Shown: positions 1-10,026, numbered from the stretch's first letter. The stretch is 64,000 bases of DNA from Gemmatimonadota bacterium (GCA_039589315.1 JBDHHQ010000007.1:32001-96000); one strand, 5' to 3'. Notes: generated from the letters alone by a model not told the origin. Program-made: numbers and translations.

Positions 1-358
1 CGAGCAAGTCGAGGCGGTGGAGGCCATCCTCACCGGAGTCGCCGGCGGCCCCTGGGAGATCCTGGCCCGGTTCGTCGGCCGGCGTCTGCCCACCCGCAGG
101 GCACCCATGCACATCGTCGAGGAAGCCCGCACCAAGCGGATCCGCGTCGAGGGCATACTCGAGTCGACGGTCGAGGCCATCCGGGGACGCGACCGGTCCA
201 AGCCCGTCACGTTCGAGAACATGTTCAACCAGGTTCACGCGACGACCCAGGTCATCGCCAGGGGCACGAGCTCGCTCGACAACGGCGTCGTCACGGTCAC
301 CACGGACCAAACTCACGGGCTCTGGTCAGACTTCCATTGGGTGGTATCGGGCGAGTGA
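1..358 (+). CDS. DUF1326 family protein, C-terminal part (5' end lies outside the window)
   Basis: 'AILTGVAGGPWEILARFVG...HGLWSDFHW' resembles the DUF1326 C-terminus; sits directly before a DUF2182 gene, the usual pairing. Confidence 0.7.
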   Translation, partial: EQVEAVEAILTGVAGGPWEILARFVGRRLPTRRAPMHIVEEARTKRIRVEGILESTVEAIRGRDRSKPVTFENMFNQVHATTQVIARGTSSLDNGVVTVTTDQTHGLWSDFHWVVSGE

Positions 359-1116
359 CGGATCGAGCGCCGACTCCCAGGCCTTACGACCGCCAGGAAG
401 CGGGTATCCTGGCCGCTGCCGTGCTGGGGACGGCGGGGTTGGCATGGCTGTACCTGACCACGATGGGGACAGTTGGGGGAGCAGCACTGGCACCGTGGCG
501 GCGGGGGGCGTTGGGCGCGCTTCCGCTCGCGTTCGCCATGTGGGCCGTGATGATGGCGGCCATGATGTTGCCGCCTTCATTGCCCTGGGTGGTGACGTTC
601 GCCCGGCTCTCCAGCGGCACCGCGCTCGGGCGTCGCGGGCGGACGGCTGCGTTCCTGGCCGGATACGCCACCGTGTGGGGCGCGTACGCCCTGGCTGCCG
701 CCTCCGTGCAAATCGTCCTTCAGCACACCGGCACGCTGGTGGCCCCGGGACCCGCACTGCCCGCTCGGGTCGGTGGCTTGGTTCTCGTCGGGGCCGGCGC
801 CTTCCAGTTCCTGCCCCTCAAGGCGGCCTGCCTCAGCCAGTGCCGTAGTCCCGTCTCCTTCTTCCTCGCTGCCTGGCGCGACGGGCCCGGCGGCGCCTTC
901 AGCATGGGCGTGGGTCATGGCACGCACTGCCTGGGCTGCTGTTGGGCCCTCATGGCGGCGGCCTTCGCCCTGGGCGTGATGAACCTGGCGTGGATGGCCA
1001 CCCTGACGCTGGTCCTCTGCATCGAGAAGCTCGTACCCAGAGGCGCAGAGCTGGGCCGGCTGGCCGGCGCTCTGGCGGTGCTCCTTGGCGCCTGGATGAT
1101 GTTGGCCGGCTGGTGA
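355..1116 (+). CDS. DUF2182 predicted metal-binding integral membrane protein
   Basis: Motifs MWAVMMAAMMLP, QFLPLKAACLSQCRSP and HCLGCCWALM; GTG at 355 overlaps the upstream TGA (GTGA). Confidence 0.85.
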   Translation: MTDRAPTPRPYDRQEAGILAAAVLGTAGLAWLYLTTMGTVGGAALAPWRRGALGALPLAFAMWAVMMAAMMLPPSLPWVVTFARLSSGTALGRRGRTAAFLAGYATVWGAYALAAASVQIVLQHTGTLVAPGPALPARVGGLVLVGAGAFQFLPLKAACLSQCRSPVSFFLAAWRDGPGGAFSMGVGHGTHCLGCCWALMAAAFALGVMNLAWMATLTLVLCIEKLVPRGAELGRLAGALAVLLGAWMMLAGW

Positions 1117-1150
1117 CGGCCGGCGTCGAGGGGACAAGGACGAGGGTGGG

Positions 1151-2656
1151 ATGACGGACAGCGATTCCGGCGGCAGCGAGGGTGCCGAGGCGCCACGGCC
1201 CACCCCCGCCGACGCCCCGGCGGAGCGGAGAGCCGACGAGCCGAGCGACTGGCCCGGTCGGGAAGAACGCGAGCCGCCCATCTGGCCGACCATCGTCGCG
1301 GCGGTCAAGGGAACGGCTCTCGACCTGACCGAGGCGCCGCTCCGCCAGGCCATCATCCTGATGGCCGTGCCCATGGTGCTCGAGATGGTCATGGAGTCGG
1401 TGTTCGCCGTGGTGGACATCTTCTGGGTGACCAAGCTCGGAGCGAACGCCGTCGCGGCCGTAGGGCTCACCGAGTCGATGTACGCTCTGGTCTACACGGT
1501 TGCCATGGGCCTGAGCATCGGCGTCACGGCCACGGTGGCCCGGCGCATCGGCGAGAAGGACGAGGACGGAGCGGCACGCGCGGCGGTTCAAGCCATCATC
1601 CTGGGCCTCGCCGTGGCCGCCACCATCGGGATCTTGGGCGGCATCTTCGCGGAGGAGATGCTGGCCGTCATGGGTGCGCCGCCGGACCTGGTCGCCGACG
1701 GCGCTGGCTACACCCGCGTGCTGTTCGCGGGGAACGCGTCGGTCTTGCTCCTGTTTCTCATCAACGCGGCGTTTCGCGGCGCCGGCGACGCCACGGTGGC
1801 CATGAGGGTCCTGTGGTTCGCCAATGGGATCAACCTGGTCTTGGATCCCTGCCTGATTTTCGGCTTGGGACCCTTCCCCGAGCTCGGGGTGACAGGCGCC
1901 GCTGCTGCCACCGTCACCGGCCGGGGTCTGGCCGTGCTGGTGCAGCTGTGGGTCCTGTTTCGTCTGTCCGATCGGCTCCATGTGGCCGCGCGCCACGTCG
2001 CCGTCGAAATCGCCACCATGGGCACGGTGGTCCGGTTGTCCGCAGCCGGCACGCTCCAGACGTTCATCGCGACCGCCAGCTGGATCGGCCTGGTACGAGT
2101 CCTGTCCGGCTTCGGCCCCGAGGCGCTGGCGGGCTACACGATCGGCGTGCGGATCATCCTGTTCGCCTTGCTTCCCTCATGGGGCATGGCCAACGCCGCC
2201 GCGACCCTGGTAGGGCAGGGGCTGGGCGCGGGCAAGCCGGAACGGGCGGAACGCGCCGTGTGGCTGGCAGGCCGGCTGAACTTCTACTTCCTGGGCGCCG
2301 TCGGCGTCCTGCTCATCATCTTCGCACGGCCGGTGGTCGCCGTGTTCGGGCCGGATCCCGCCACCGCCGACTTCGCGGTGCGGTTTCTCCAGATCGTGTG
2401 CGGAGGGTTCTTCTTCTACGCGTACGGGATGGTGTTGACCCAGTCATTCAACGGCGCGGGTGACACGTGGACGCCGACGTGGATCAATCTGGGCTGCTTC
2501 TGGCTCTTCGAGATTCCCGCTGCCTACGTCATGGCCCACCCGCTGGGCATGGGTCCGCCTGGCGTGTTTCTGGCCCTTGCGTTGGCGTATTCCGCCCTGG
2601 CCGTCGTCAGCGGCGTGATCTTCAAGAAAGGCCGCTGGAAGGAGAAGCGGGTGTGA
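1151..2656 (+). CDS. MATE family efflux transporter
   Basis: About 12 hydrophobic segments; AVPMVLEM, FRGAGD and FNGAGDT in the two repeated halves. Confidence 0.92.
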   Translation: MTDSDSGGSEGAEAPRPTPADAPAERRADEPSDWPGREEREPPIWPTIVAAVKGTALDLTEAPLRQAIILMAVPMVLEMVMESVFAVVDIFWVTKLGANAVAAVGLTESMYALVYTVAMGLSIGVTATVARRIGEKDEDGAARAAVQAIILGLAVAATIGILGGIFAEEMLAVMGAPPDLVADGAGYTRVLFAGNASVLLLFLINAAFRGAGDATVAMRVLWFANGINLVLDPCLIFGLGPFPELGVTGAAAATVTGRGLAVLVQLWVLFRLSDRLHVAARHVAVEIATMGTVVRLSAAGTLQTFIATASWIGLVRVLSGFGPEALAGYTIGVRIILFALLPSWGMANAAATLVGQGLGAGKPERAERAVWLAGRLNFYFLGAVGVLLIIFARPVVAVFGPDPATADFAVRFLQIVCGGFFFYAYGMVLTQSFNGAGDTWTPTWINLGCFWLFEIPAAYVMAHPLGMGPPGVFLALALAYSALAVVSGVIFKKGRWKEKRV

Positions 2657-2748
2657 GTCGTGTCTGCGGAGAATCGTAGGCAGCCCCATGACCGCAGAGT
2701 GGCGGTCGCGCGGTGGACGGGCTGATCGTCCTGCGTTGCCCGCCACCC

Positions 2749-3729
2749 TCAGTTCTGCAGGAACTCGAACGAAAGCGAGATGCCCCGATCGACGAACTCT
2801 CGGCGTAGCGTCTGATCCACCGGAAGGAAGCGCAGGTCGCTGCGCGTGAGCTCCATGTACACGCCGAGATTGATCAAGGACTGGGCGCTCACCCGGTAGC
2901 GGAACCGGATCTCCGCGTCGGCCATGACGCCGCCTTCGACTCGTACGGTCCGGGCTTCGATGCTCGCCTCGGGATAGAGCTCGCCGAACCGCGACTCCGT
3001 GGCGCTGCTCTGCGGATGCGACAGGTAGCGGCCATTCGCGTAGACGCCGAACCGGCTCCGGATCAGTCCCATGGCGGCAGTGATGCCCGCTCCTACGCTG
3101 GTGAAACTGTCGCCGCCCAGCGTGGTCTCGCGCTTGAAGTCGACGACGGGGGAGATCGCGGCGTAGGCGGCGTCGCTCCGCCAGGACACGGACGGTCCCA
3201 CGTGGCCGGACCACAGGGACTTCTCGAAGGTGGGGTGCTCCACGACCATGGTGGAGATCGTGCCGCCGAAGGCCAGGACCCCGGCGCCAACGCCGAGCCC
3301 GACCGACCCTGGGCGGAGCAGATCCACGAAGGCGTCGGCCCGCAATCCGAGCCGGTGAGCCGGGCCGCAGTCGCGCTCGGCGCAGACGAACTCGGGATCT
3401 CGCACAGCCTCCTGGGTCAGGAACTTGCCCCTGAGCTTCCCGGTTCCGATCACGTTGTGGTGAAAGAAGTCCGCGCCCAGCGCAACGCCCAGCGTGCTGT
3501 GCTGGGGCTGCTCGTTCCGTTGGACCGACCTTCCCGCGCCCTTGAGAACCGAGATGTGCGCGAAGCTGATGTTGGGCGGTGGAGGGACGGGGGGCGTCTG
3601 CGCCGCCGCGGCCGATCCACCCACGGCCAACCCTGCCAACCCGCACAGTACCGCCGTGAAGCCGGACGCTGGTGAGGGGAACGCCCGACCCCTGGCATGT
3701 CGCCCGGGGGGTCTGGTCCTGATGGCCAC
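2749..3729 (-). CDS. Hypothetical secreted protein, probable outer-membrane beta-barrel
   Basis: Signal peptide ending AAAAQ, Pro-rich linker, amphipathic beta-strands, C-terminal ISLSFEF; start uncertain. Confidence 0.6.
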   Translation of the reverse strand: MAIRTRPPGRHARGRAFPSPASGFTAVLCGLAGLAVGGSAAAAQTPPVPPPPNISFAHISVLKGAGRSVQRNEQPQHSTLGVALGADFFHHNVIGTGKLRGKFLTQEAVRDPEFVCAERDCGPAHRLGLRADAFVDLLRPGSVGLGVGAGVLAFGGTISTMVVEHPTFEKSLWSGHVGPSVSWRSDAAYAAISPVVDFKRETTLGGDSFTSVGAGITAAMGLIRSRFGVYANGRYLSHPQSSATESRFGELYPEASIEARTVRVEGGVMADAEIRFRYRVSAQSLINLGVYMELTRSDLRFLPVDQTLRREFVDRGISLSFEFLQN

Positions 3730-3848
3730 AGGTACCGACGCGTGAGAGGAGGTAATCCAACCATCGATGAGGCTGTGACTCCAAGATGCGCGTTGGGAAC
3801 CGATCCTGCCAGATTGGGGGGAACTCGACTCAGAGCCCGAGACGGAAC

Positions 3849-5207
3849 ATGCGCAGACGCAGCATTCATGGAGCCCTCGCAGCCCTCCTCGTGGCCGGCG
3901 CCGGCGTCGGTCCAGCCAGCGCCGTGGGCCAGGACGTCGCCCTCGCCCTGGTCGGCGGCCGGATCCTGGACGGGTACGGCGGCCCGGTGATCGAGGACGG
4001 CGTGATCCTCGTCGCCGGCGACCGGATCGTGGCCGTGGGCACCCGGGACGCCGTCCAGGTGCCGGCTGGAGCTCGCGTGGTCAGCACCGAGGGCATGACC
4101 GTGCTTCCGGGGCTCATCGACATGCACGTCCACATCCAACTACTGGGTCACGGCGACTACGAACGGTGGCACGAGCTTTACGGGGACGCCCATGCGACTG
4201 CCACCATGCCGATCGCGGCCGAGCAGCTCCTCATGGCGGGTGTCACCTCTGCCCGGGACCTGGGAGGTCCCCTGGAGCCCCTGCTCGACGTGAAGCGGAG
4301 GATCGCCCTGGGCGAGATCCCGGGTCCCCGGCTGTTCGTATCGGGTCCGTTTCTCCAGCGAGCGCCCTACGCGCCCTGGCAGAGCGAGTACCGCTGGGGG
4401 CTGTCAGGGGCCGACGACGCCCGGACCAAGACTCAGCGGCTCATCGACGCGGGCGTGGACGTCATCAAGCTCATCGACCAGGATCAGCTCACGGCAGCAG
4501 AAGTGGCCGCGGTCGTGGAGACCGCGCACGCGGCCGGGGTCAAGGTCGTGGCCCACGCCCACCGAATGGACGAGATCCGCGTGGGCCTCGAGCATGGCGT
4601 GGACAACTTCGAGCACACCGGGCTCGGGACGGCACCCGGGTACGCCGAAGACGTGCTCGACGCGCTGCGGGAGAAGAACACGAGCCTCTACTGGACGCCG
4701 ACGATCTCGCCCCTCTACGTCATGCACCACACGGGGGAGATCTTCCCGGAGCGTCTCGACGACCCGGGCTGGAGAGCCGGCATGCCCCGGGAGATGGCAG
4801 ACGAGATCCGGGCCTCTCTCGAGCACATTACACACCTGCCGTATTACGCGCTCTTCCCGAGCCGCATTCCCATACTCCCCCACAAGTTCGAGCAGATCCG
4901 GAGCACCGGCGTGCGGCTGCTCATCGGCACGGACTCGGGTATCCCCTCCATGTTCCACACCGACTCCACCTGGCGGGAGATGGCGCTTTGGGTGGAGTTG
5001 GGCGTGCCCCCCATGCAGGTCATCCAGGCGGCGACGCTCTGGCCGGCCCGGTTCCTCGGCGAGGAGGAGGACCTCGGCACGTTGGCGCCGGGTCGGCTGG
5101 CAGACGTCATCGCGGTGCGGGGCGATCCGTTGACTCGCATGGACGTGCTCCGCGACGTGAGCCTGGTGGTCCAGGGAGGACAGGTGATGAAAGAGTCGGC
5201 GCGCTGA
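3849..5207 (+). CDS. Secreted metal-dependent amidohydrolase
   Basis: Signal peptide; PGLIDMHVH, IKLI, AHAH, EH, GTDSG and GTLAPGRLAD motifs. Confidence 0.9.
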   Translation: MRRRSIHGALAALLVAGAGVGPASAVGQDVALALVGGRILDGYGGPVIEDGVILVAGDRIVAVGTRDAVQVPAGARVVSTEGMTVLPGLIDMHVHIQLLGHGDYERWHELYGDAHATATMPIAAEQLLMAGVTSARDLGGPLEPLLDVKRRIALGEIPGPRLFVSGPFLQRAPYAPWQSEYRWGLSGADDARTKTQRLIDAGVDVIKLIDQDQLTAAEVAAVVETAHAAGVKVVAHAHRMDEIRVGLEHGVDNFEHTGLGTAPGYAEDVLDALREKNTSLYWTPTISPLYVMHHTGEIFPERLDDPGWRAGMPREMADEIRASLEHITHLPYYALFPSRIPILPHKFEQIRSTGVRLLIGTDSGIPSMFHTDSTWREMALWVELGVPPMQVIQAATLWPARFLGEEEDLGTLAPGRLADVIAVRGDPLTRMDVLRDVSLVVQGGQVMKESAR

Positions 5208-5289
5208 CCGCCGCCGGTCGTGTTGCCTTGCTCCAGGCCTCGCCGTAGGCTCCGGCCAGCCTGGCACACACTACTCAACGGAGTCGGCC

Positions 5290-6384
5290 ATGACCGTCCG
5301 CGTAGACCCGGAACGCGCCCGACGAGTGTTCCTGCTGGGCCTGGTGCTCGGGATCTCCCTGCTCTTCCTCTTCATGGTCCGGCGATTCCTGCTGCCCGTG
5401 TTCCTCGCGGCCATCTTCACGGGTCTCATGTATCCGCTGTATACCCGAATCGCGCGCCGGGTGGGGGATCGAAAGTCCTGGGCCGCAATCGTCACACTCC
5501 TGTTCGTGCTCGTGGTCATCGTCGTGCCGCTGACGTTCTTCGGAGGGATCGTGACGGCCCAGGCCGTGCAGATCACGGAGCGGGTCAGACCGTTCGTCCA
5601 GGAGCACATGGCGAGCGCGGACATGCTCGACGCGCTGGTCGAGCGATTCCCCCGGCTGGAGATGCTCCTGCCGTACCAGGGCTTCATCATGGACAAGGCC
5701 GGGGAGCTGGCGAGCACCACCGGGACCTTCCTGTTCAACAGCTTGGCCGCCGCCACGCGCGGCACGGTCAGTTTTCTGTTCTCCCTGTTCGTCATGCTCT
5801 ATTCGATGTTCTTCTTTCTCAGGGACGGACCCCAGCTCCTGGATCGCATCCTCTACCTGATGCCTCTTTCCGCCGCCTCCGAGGAGCGGATGGTGGACCG
5901 CTTCGTGTCCGTGACCCGGGCAACGCTCAAGGGCACGCTGATCATCGGGGTAGTGCAGGGCGGTCTGGCCGGCAGCGCCATGGCCCTGGCCGGGATTCAT
6001 GGGGCGGCGTTCTGGGGCACGGTCATGGTCGTGCTTTCGATCATCCCCGGCATTGGGACGGCGCTCGTCTGGTTCCCCGGGGTAGTCTATCTGCTGGTCA
6101 CGGGAGAAGTCGCAGCCGGCATCGCGCTCTTCGCCTGGTGCGCCGTCGTGGTGGGGTCGGCCGACAATTTCCTGCGCCCCATGCTGGTGGGGCGGGACAC
6201 GGAGATGTCCGACCTGCTGATCCTCCTGTCCACCCTGGGGGGCCTGCTCATGTTCGGCGCCGCCGGGATCGTGATCGGACCTATCGTAGCGGCGCTGTTC
6301 GTCACCGTCTGGGATATCTATGCAAGGGAGTTCAAGGAGATCCTGCCCGAAACGGGCCGGATGTCTGCCGAGAGCGCGGGGTAG
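5290..6384 (+). CDS. AI-2E family transporter
   Basis: FFFLRDG, SIIPGIG, DNFLRPMLVG and GIVIGP motifs. Confidence 0.9.
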   Translation: MTVRVDPERARRVFLLGLVLGISLLFLFMVRRFLLPVFLAAIFTGLMYPLYTRIARRVGDRKSWAAIVTLLFVLVVIVVPLTFFGGIVTAQAVQITERVRPFVQEHMASADMLDALVERFPRLEMLLPYQGFIMDKAGELASTTGTFLFNSLAAATRGTVSFLFSLFVMLYSMFFFLRDGPQLLDRILYLMPLSAASEERMVDRFVSVTRATLKGTLIIGVVQGGLAGSAMALAGIHGAAFWGTVMVVLSIIPGIGTALVWFPGVVYLLVTGEVAAGIALFAWCAVVVGSADNFLRPMLVGRDTEMSDLLILLSTLGGLLMFGAAGIVIGPIVAALFVTVWDIYAREFKEILPETGRMSAESAG

Positions 6385-6459
6385 TGGCGGGGCAGGTCCC
6401 AGGGTGGGCCGGACGAGCGGGCCCCCGCTGACCGGGTGGACCCGAGCGAAGGGAGGACG

Positions 6460-7527
6460 ATGACCAGCCAGCAGGTTCGTCTCTCACGCATGACCCGGGG
6501 GCTCCTGATCGCCAGCGCGATCGCGATCCTCATCTTCCTGGCCCAGTCGGCCCAGACGATTCTCGTCCCGTTCCTGCTCGCCGTGTTCCTGGCGGCCATC
6601 GCGGCTCCGCCCGTCATGTGGCTGAGCCGTCACCGGGTGCCTCATTCCGTCGCGGTCGCCCTCACGGCCCTGGCGATGATGCTGGCGCTGTCTCTGGTCG
6701 GCACCATCGTGGGTGCTTCGGTGAGCGCGTTTACGGCTCGGCTTCCCGAGTACCAGCGGCTCCTCTTGGTCGAGATCACCCGGTGGTACGACCAGTTCGG
6801 GGCGGCGGCACCCGAGACCTTCCGGGACCTGCTTCCCACGCTGGAGCCCGGTGCGGCCATGGGCATCGCGGCCAACGTTCTGAGCGGCGTGAGTGGCGTC
6901 CTGGGCAACATGTTCCTGATCCTCTTCACGGTGATCTTCATCCTCGTGGAGGCCCGGACGGCCCACAGAAAGCTGGACGCCGCGTTCGGCGAATCGGAGG
7001 CGGGGCTGGACGTCTTCCGGGAGTTCATGCAGAAACTGCTGCGCTATCTGGGCATCAAGACCCTCACGAGCCTCGGAACCGGGGGGCTGGTGACGGTCTG
7101 GGTCTGGTGGATGGGCGTCGACTTCCCGGTCATGTGGGGATTGCTCGCGTTCCTGCTGAACTACGTTCCCACCATCGGGTCGATCCTCGCTGCCGTGCCG
7201 GCGGTGCTTCTGGCCTTGATCCTGCACGGCCCGGGCACAGCGGTCGTGGTGGGCCTGGGATACCTGGTGATCAACACCCTCATCGGCAACGGGATCGAAC
7301 CCCGGGTCATGGGCAGGGGGCTGGGCCTCTCACCACTCGTCGTGTTCCTCTCGTTGGTGTTCTGGGGGTGGGTCCTGGGCCCGGTGGGGATGTTCCTCTC
7401 GGTTCCGATGACCATGACGCTCCGCATGGCTCTACAGGTGCACGAAGGCACCCGCTGGCTTTCCATCCTGCTGGGACCGGCGGACGTCACCGTGCCGACC
7501 TCCGTGGGCGAGGCTCAAGTCACCTGA
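6460..7527 (+). CDS. AI-2E family transporter (YhhT/TqsA-like subgroup)
   Basis: LNYVPTIGS, GNGIEPRVMG and FWGWVLGPVGMFLSVP motifs; GGAGG before the ATG at 6460. Confidence 0.9.
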   Translation: MTSQQVRLSRMTRGLLIASAIAILIFLAQSAQTILVPFLLAVFLAAIAAPPVMWLSRHRVPHSVAVALTALAMMLALSLVGTIVGASVSAFTARLPEYQRLLLVEITRWYDQFGAAAPETFRDLLPTLEPGAAMGIAANVLSGVSGVLGNMFLILFTVIFILVEARTAHRKLDAAFGESEAGLDVFREFMQKLLRYLGIKTLTSLGTGGLVTVWVWWMGVDFPVMWGLLAFLLNYVPTIGSILAAVPAVLLALILHGPGTAVVVGLGYLVINTLIGNGIEPRVMGRGLGLSPLVVFLSLVFWGWVLGPVGMFLSVPMTMTLRMALQVHEGTRWLSILLGPADVTVPTSVGEAQVT

Positions 7528-7594
7528 TCGACGGCAGGGACCGGTCCGCAGCCCCCCGGGCTGACCCGCCGGAGGGCTGCCCGATCGATTGGAG

Positions 7595-8041
7595 TTACGG
7601 CCTCGCGTCGACCGCGACCACGTACCGGACGTTGTTGTTCCAGACGATGCCCACGAGCTCACCGCCAGCCTCCAACCTGATCAGGTTGGACGGATCGGAC
7701 GAGATCCGGTCGGCGCCGAATTGCCGCACGGAGCCATCCTGGATCTTGAGCTCGTAGGTCCGCTCGGCCTTCGTGCCCGTCCGCACGACGTAGATCAGCT
7801 GGTAGGCGACGAAGGCCGCGACGGTTATGCCGTCGTCTTCCAGCGTGACCATTCCCGACGGGTGCTGCACGATACGGTCGGCGCGGAGCTCGAACGGCGA
7901 CTCGCCCTGCAGCTGGACCTCGTAGACGTGGAAGTCCTGAGCGGACAGCCGCCCCAGCAGACCCATGGGATTGGGGGCGGCAGCAGTGATGATGGTGGCG
8001 ACGAGTAGGAGCACGAGAGCCGGAGACGTGAGGTAGCGCAT
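7595..8041 (-). CDS. Small secreted hypothetical protein with two internal ~50-aa repeats
   Basis: GGAGGG RBS, ATG at 8041, signal peptide, duplicated YE-x-ADRI-x-YVV unit. Confidence 0.65.
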   Translation of the reverse strand: MRYLTSPALVLLLVATIITAAAPNPMGLLGRLSAQDFHVYEVQLQGESPFELRADRIVQHPSGMVTLEDDGITVAAFVAYQLIYVVRTGTKAERTYELKIQDGSVRQFGADRISSDPSNLIRLEAGGELVGIVWNNNVRYVVAVDARP

Positions 8042-8338
8042 GAGTCCCTCCGGAGGGGGTGGGTTCCAGGTGAACGCCCTCAGGTATCTCAGGGATCGTG
8101 CCATGCCGAGGCCGTAGGACGCGCAGCCCCCTTCCGGTCCGGTGATCGTGACACCCACCCCAGAGAAGTCCCTGTACTGGAAAGGACGATGGAACCGTGT
8201 GGTTCTGCACAGCAGACCGACGGCCGAGTCGTTCGTCGCTACCGCTCGGGTCCGTGGGGCGTCAGCCCGTGACTCGATTCGGTGCGGCCAGGGCCGCGAG
8301 CGTGGGGCGATCCGACGCGGCCGACGCGCCGGCCGGGA

Positions 8339-9034
8339 TCAGCTTCCGCCGGCTTTCCTCGCCGGCGCGCGGCCGAAGGTCCCGAGGACCAGATCCCAGA
8401 GAGGCGAGCTCACGCCGTAGTCCTCGTCCGGGTCCAGGAAGTGGTGCCGATGGTGCTTCCGCTTGAGAAAGCGGCCCGCCTTCGTGGGCACCGAGAAGTG
8501 GTGTACCGCGAAGTGGATCGTGTCGTAGATGAGGTAGCCCGTGACGAAGCCAGCGAACAGGGCTGGGGCGAGGGTGGCCCCGAACACGCCTTTGAACAGA
8601 AACCAGAACGCGATCGCCAGCGGGACGCTCACGCCCGGCGGCATCACCAGCCGCTTGGAGTCGCTCGGGTAGTCGTGGTGCACGCCGTGAGCGATGAAGT
8701 AGAACGTATGTCGCCAGGTGGGGAGCTTGGGCACCACTGCTTCACCGGGCACGAGCCCCGCAACGACGTCGTGCGTCTCCTCCATGACGTGATCCGGGGC
8801 GTGGAAGACGAAGCGGTGCATGATGTACTCGACGAACGTCCAGAGCAGAACGCCAGCCAGGAAGAGTAGTACCGCTGCGCCCAGACCCGCGGTGCTCGTC
8901 CACAGGAAGAAGACCACGACCGGTACGAAGAGCACGTGGGGAACGATGGGGTGCACCTTCGTGAACTTCTCGAGGAGATCACTCCGGAACATCCGGACCG
9001 ATTCGTCCTTGTTCGAAACGAAGTGCTTGTTCAC
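8339..9034 (-). CDS. Fatty acid hydroxylase (FA2H/Scs7-like, sterol desaturase superfamily)
   Basis: Di-iron His boxes YIMHRFVFH, HGVHHDYP, YDTIHFAVHH and HHRHHF, plus RLVMPP and YGVSSPLWD. Confidence 0.9.
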   Translation of the reverse strand: MNKHFVSNKDESVRMFRSDLLEKFTKVHPIVPHVLFVPVVVFFLWTSTAGLGAAVLLFLAGVLLWTFVEYIMHRFVFHAPDHVMEETHDVVAGLVPGEAVVPKLPTWRHTFYFIAHGVHHDYPSDSKRLVMPPGVSVPLAIAFWFLFKGVFGATLAPALFAGFVTGYLIYDTIHFAVHHFSVPTKAGRFLKRKHHRHHFLDPDEDYGVSSPLWDLVLGTFGRAPARKAGGS

Positions 9035-9212
9035 AGGAGGGGAGTCTCGGCTGTTGGATGATTCCGTTCGACTGCCTGGAAGCACGCTCGAGCACCCAGG
9101 GCGTCTTCAACACGGCCCGAAGATCGCCAGTTTCGCGGAGACGATCAAGAAAGTGGCCGAGGGCGGATCGCCGACCGCGTGCATGAGGCTCTCTGCCAGC
9201 CAGACACCGCAG

Positions 9213-9589
9213 ATCGTGATCTCGTCCATCTCGGCGCTCATGAGCACACGTACCCCCCAGGGTGCCATCGCATGGATCGTGTCCCTGAACACTTTCCCGT
9301 ACGTGGCGGTGCCCGCGTACTGGGTATTCGAGCTCCCCTTCACGCGAGGCAACGGAGCAGAGCTCCTCGTGGACGGGGACGCCACGTTCACAGCATCATT
9401 GCCGGGATCGAGCGGGCCGCGGACTACGTGCTCGTAAAGTTCTACATCGTGAAGGACGACGGCCTGGGCCGGTGGCTCGAGCAGGCCATGATCCGAAAGG
9501 CACGGGAAGGCGTCCCCGTGTACTTCCTGTTCGACGAAGTCTTCAAGCTTGCGGTTCGAGCCGCCCGCCTGACGGCTCCGGTGCAGTAG
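9213..9589 (+). pseudogene. cls: Collapsed cardiolipin synthase remnant
   Basis: N-terminal segment (STRTPQGAIAWIVSLNTFPYVAVPAYWVF) joined to LPFTRGNGAELLVDGDATF; frameshift near 9390; then IERAADYVLVKFYIVKDDGLG...VYFLFDE joined to the C-terminal LAVRAARLTAPVQ*; no HKD motif left. Confidence 0.8.
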
Positions 9590-9621
9590 AATCCCTGGAC
9601 CACGTGGCTCACGGCGTCGAC

Positions 9622-9676
9622 TTGCGTACCCCTGGCTCTGTCATTAGCATTGCAAGTAATTAGCAAAGCTAGCAAA
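9622..9676 (+). promoter_or_regulatory. Candidate sigma70 promoter and PadR operator
   Basis: TTGCGT (9622)-17 nt-TAGCAT (9645), followed by an AT-rich imperfect palindrome TTGC-N9-GCAA (9650-9666) and TAGCAAA repeats just upstream of padR. Confidence 0.5.
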
Positions 9677-9687
9677 TAGGGGATGGG

Positions 9688-10026
9688 ATGGTCCGGAAGA
9701 GCCTGGGTGAGTTCGAGCAGCTGGTGCTCCTGGCGTGCCTACGCCTGGGAGAGGGTGCCTACACAGTCTCCATCATGAAGGAGATCGAGGACCGGACGGG
9801 TCGCGCCGCATCGCATGCGGCCGTCTACGTGGCTCTCCGGCGTCTCGAGGAGCGGGGGCTGGTCACGTCGAAGCTCGGGTCGGCCACCGCGGCCCGGGGC
9901 GGCCGACCCAAGCGCCTCGTAGAGGTGCTCCCCGAAGCCGTGTCGATGCTGGAGGCGGCCCGCGACGACCTCATGAGCATGTGGCAAGGGCTCAACGTGG
10001 CCAGTGAGAAGGGAACGGGCGGATGA
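9688..10026 (+). CDS. PadR family transcriptional regulator
   Basis: LGEFEQLVLLA, AVYVALRRLEERGLV and RGGRPKR; ATGA-coupled to the permease. Confidence 0.9.
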   Translation: MVRKSLGEFEQLVLLACLRLGEGAYTVSIMKEIEDRTGRAASHAAVYVALRRLEERGLVTSKLGSATAARGGRPKRLVEVLPEAVSMLEAARDDLMSMWQGLNVASEKGTGG

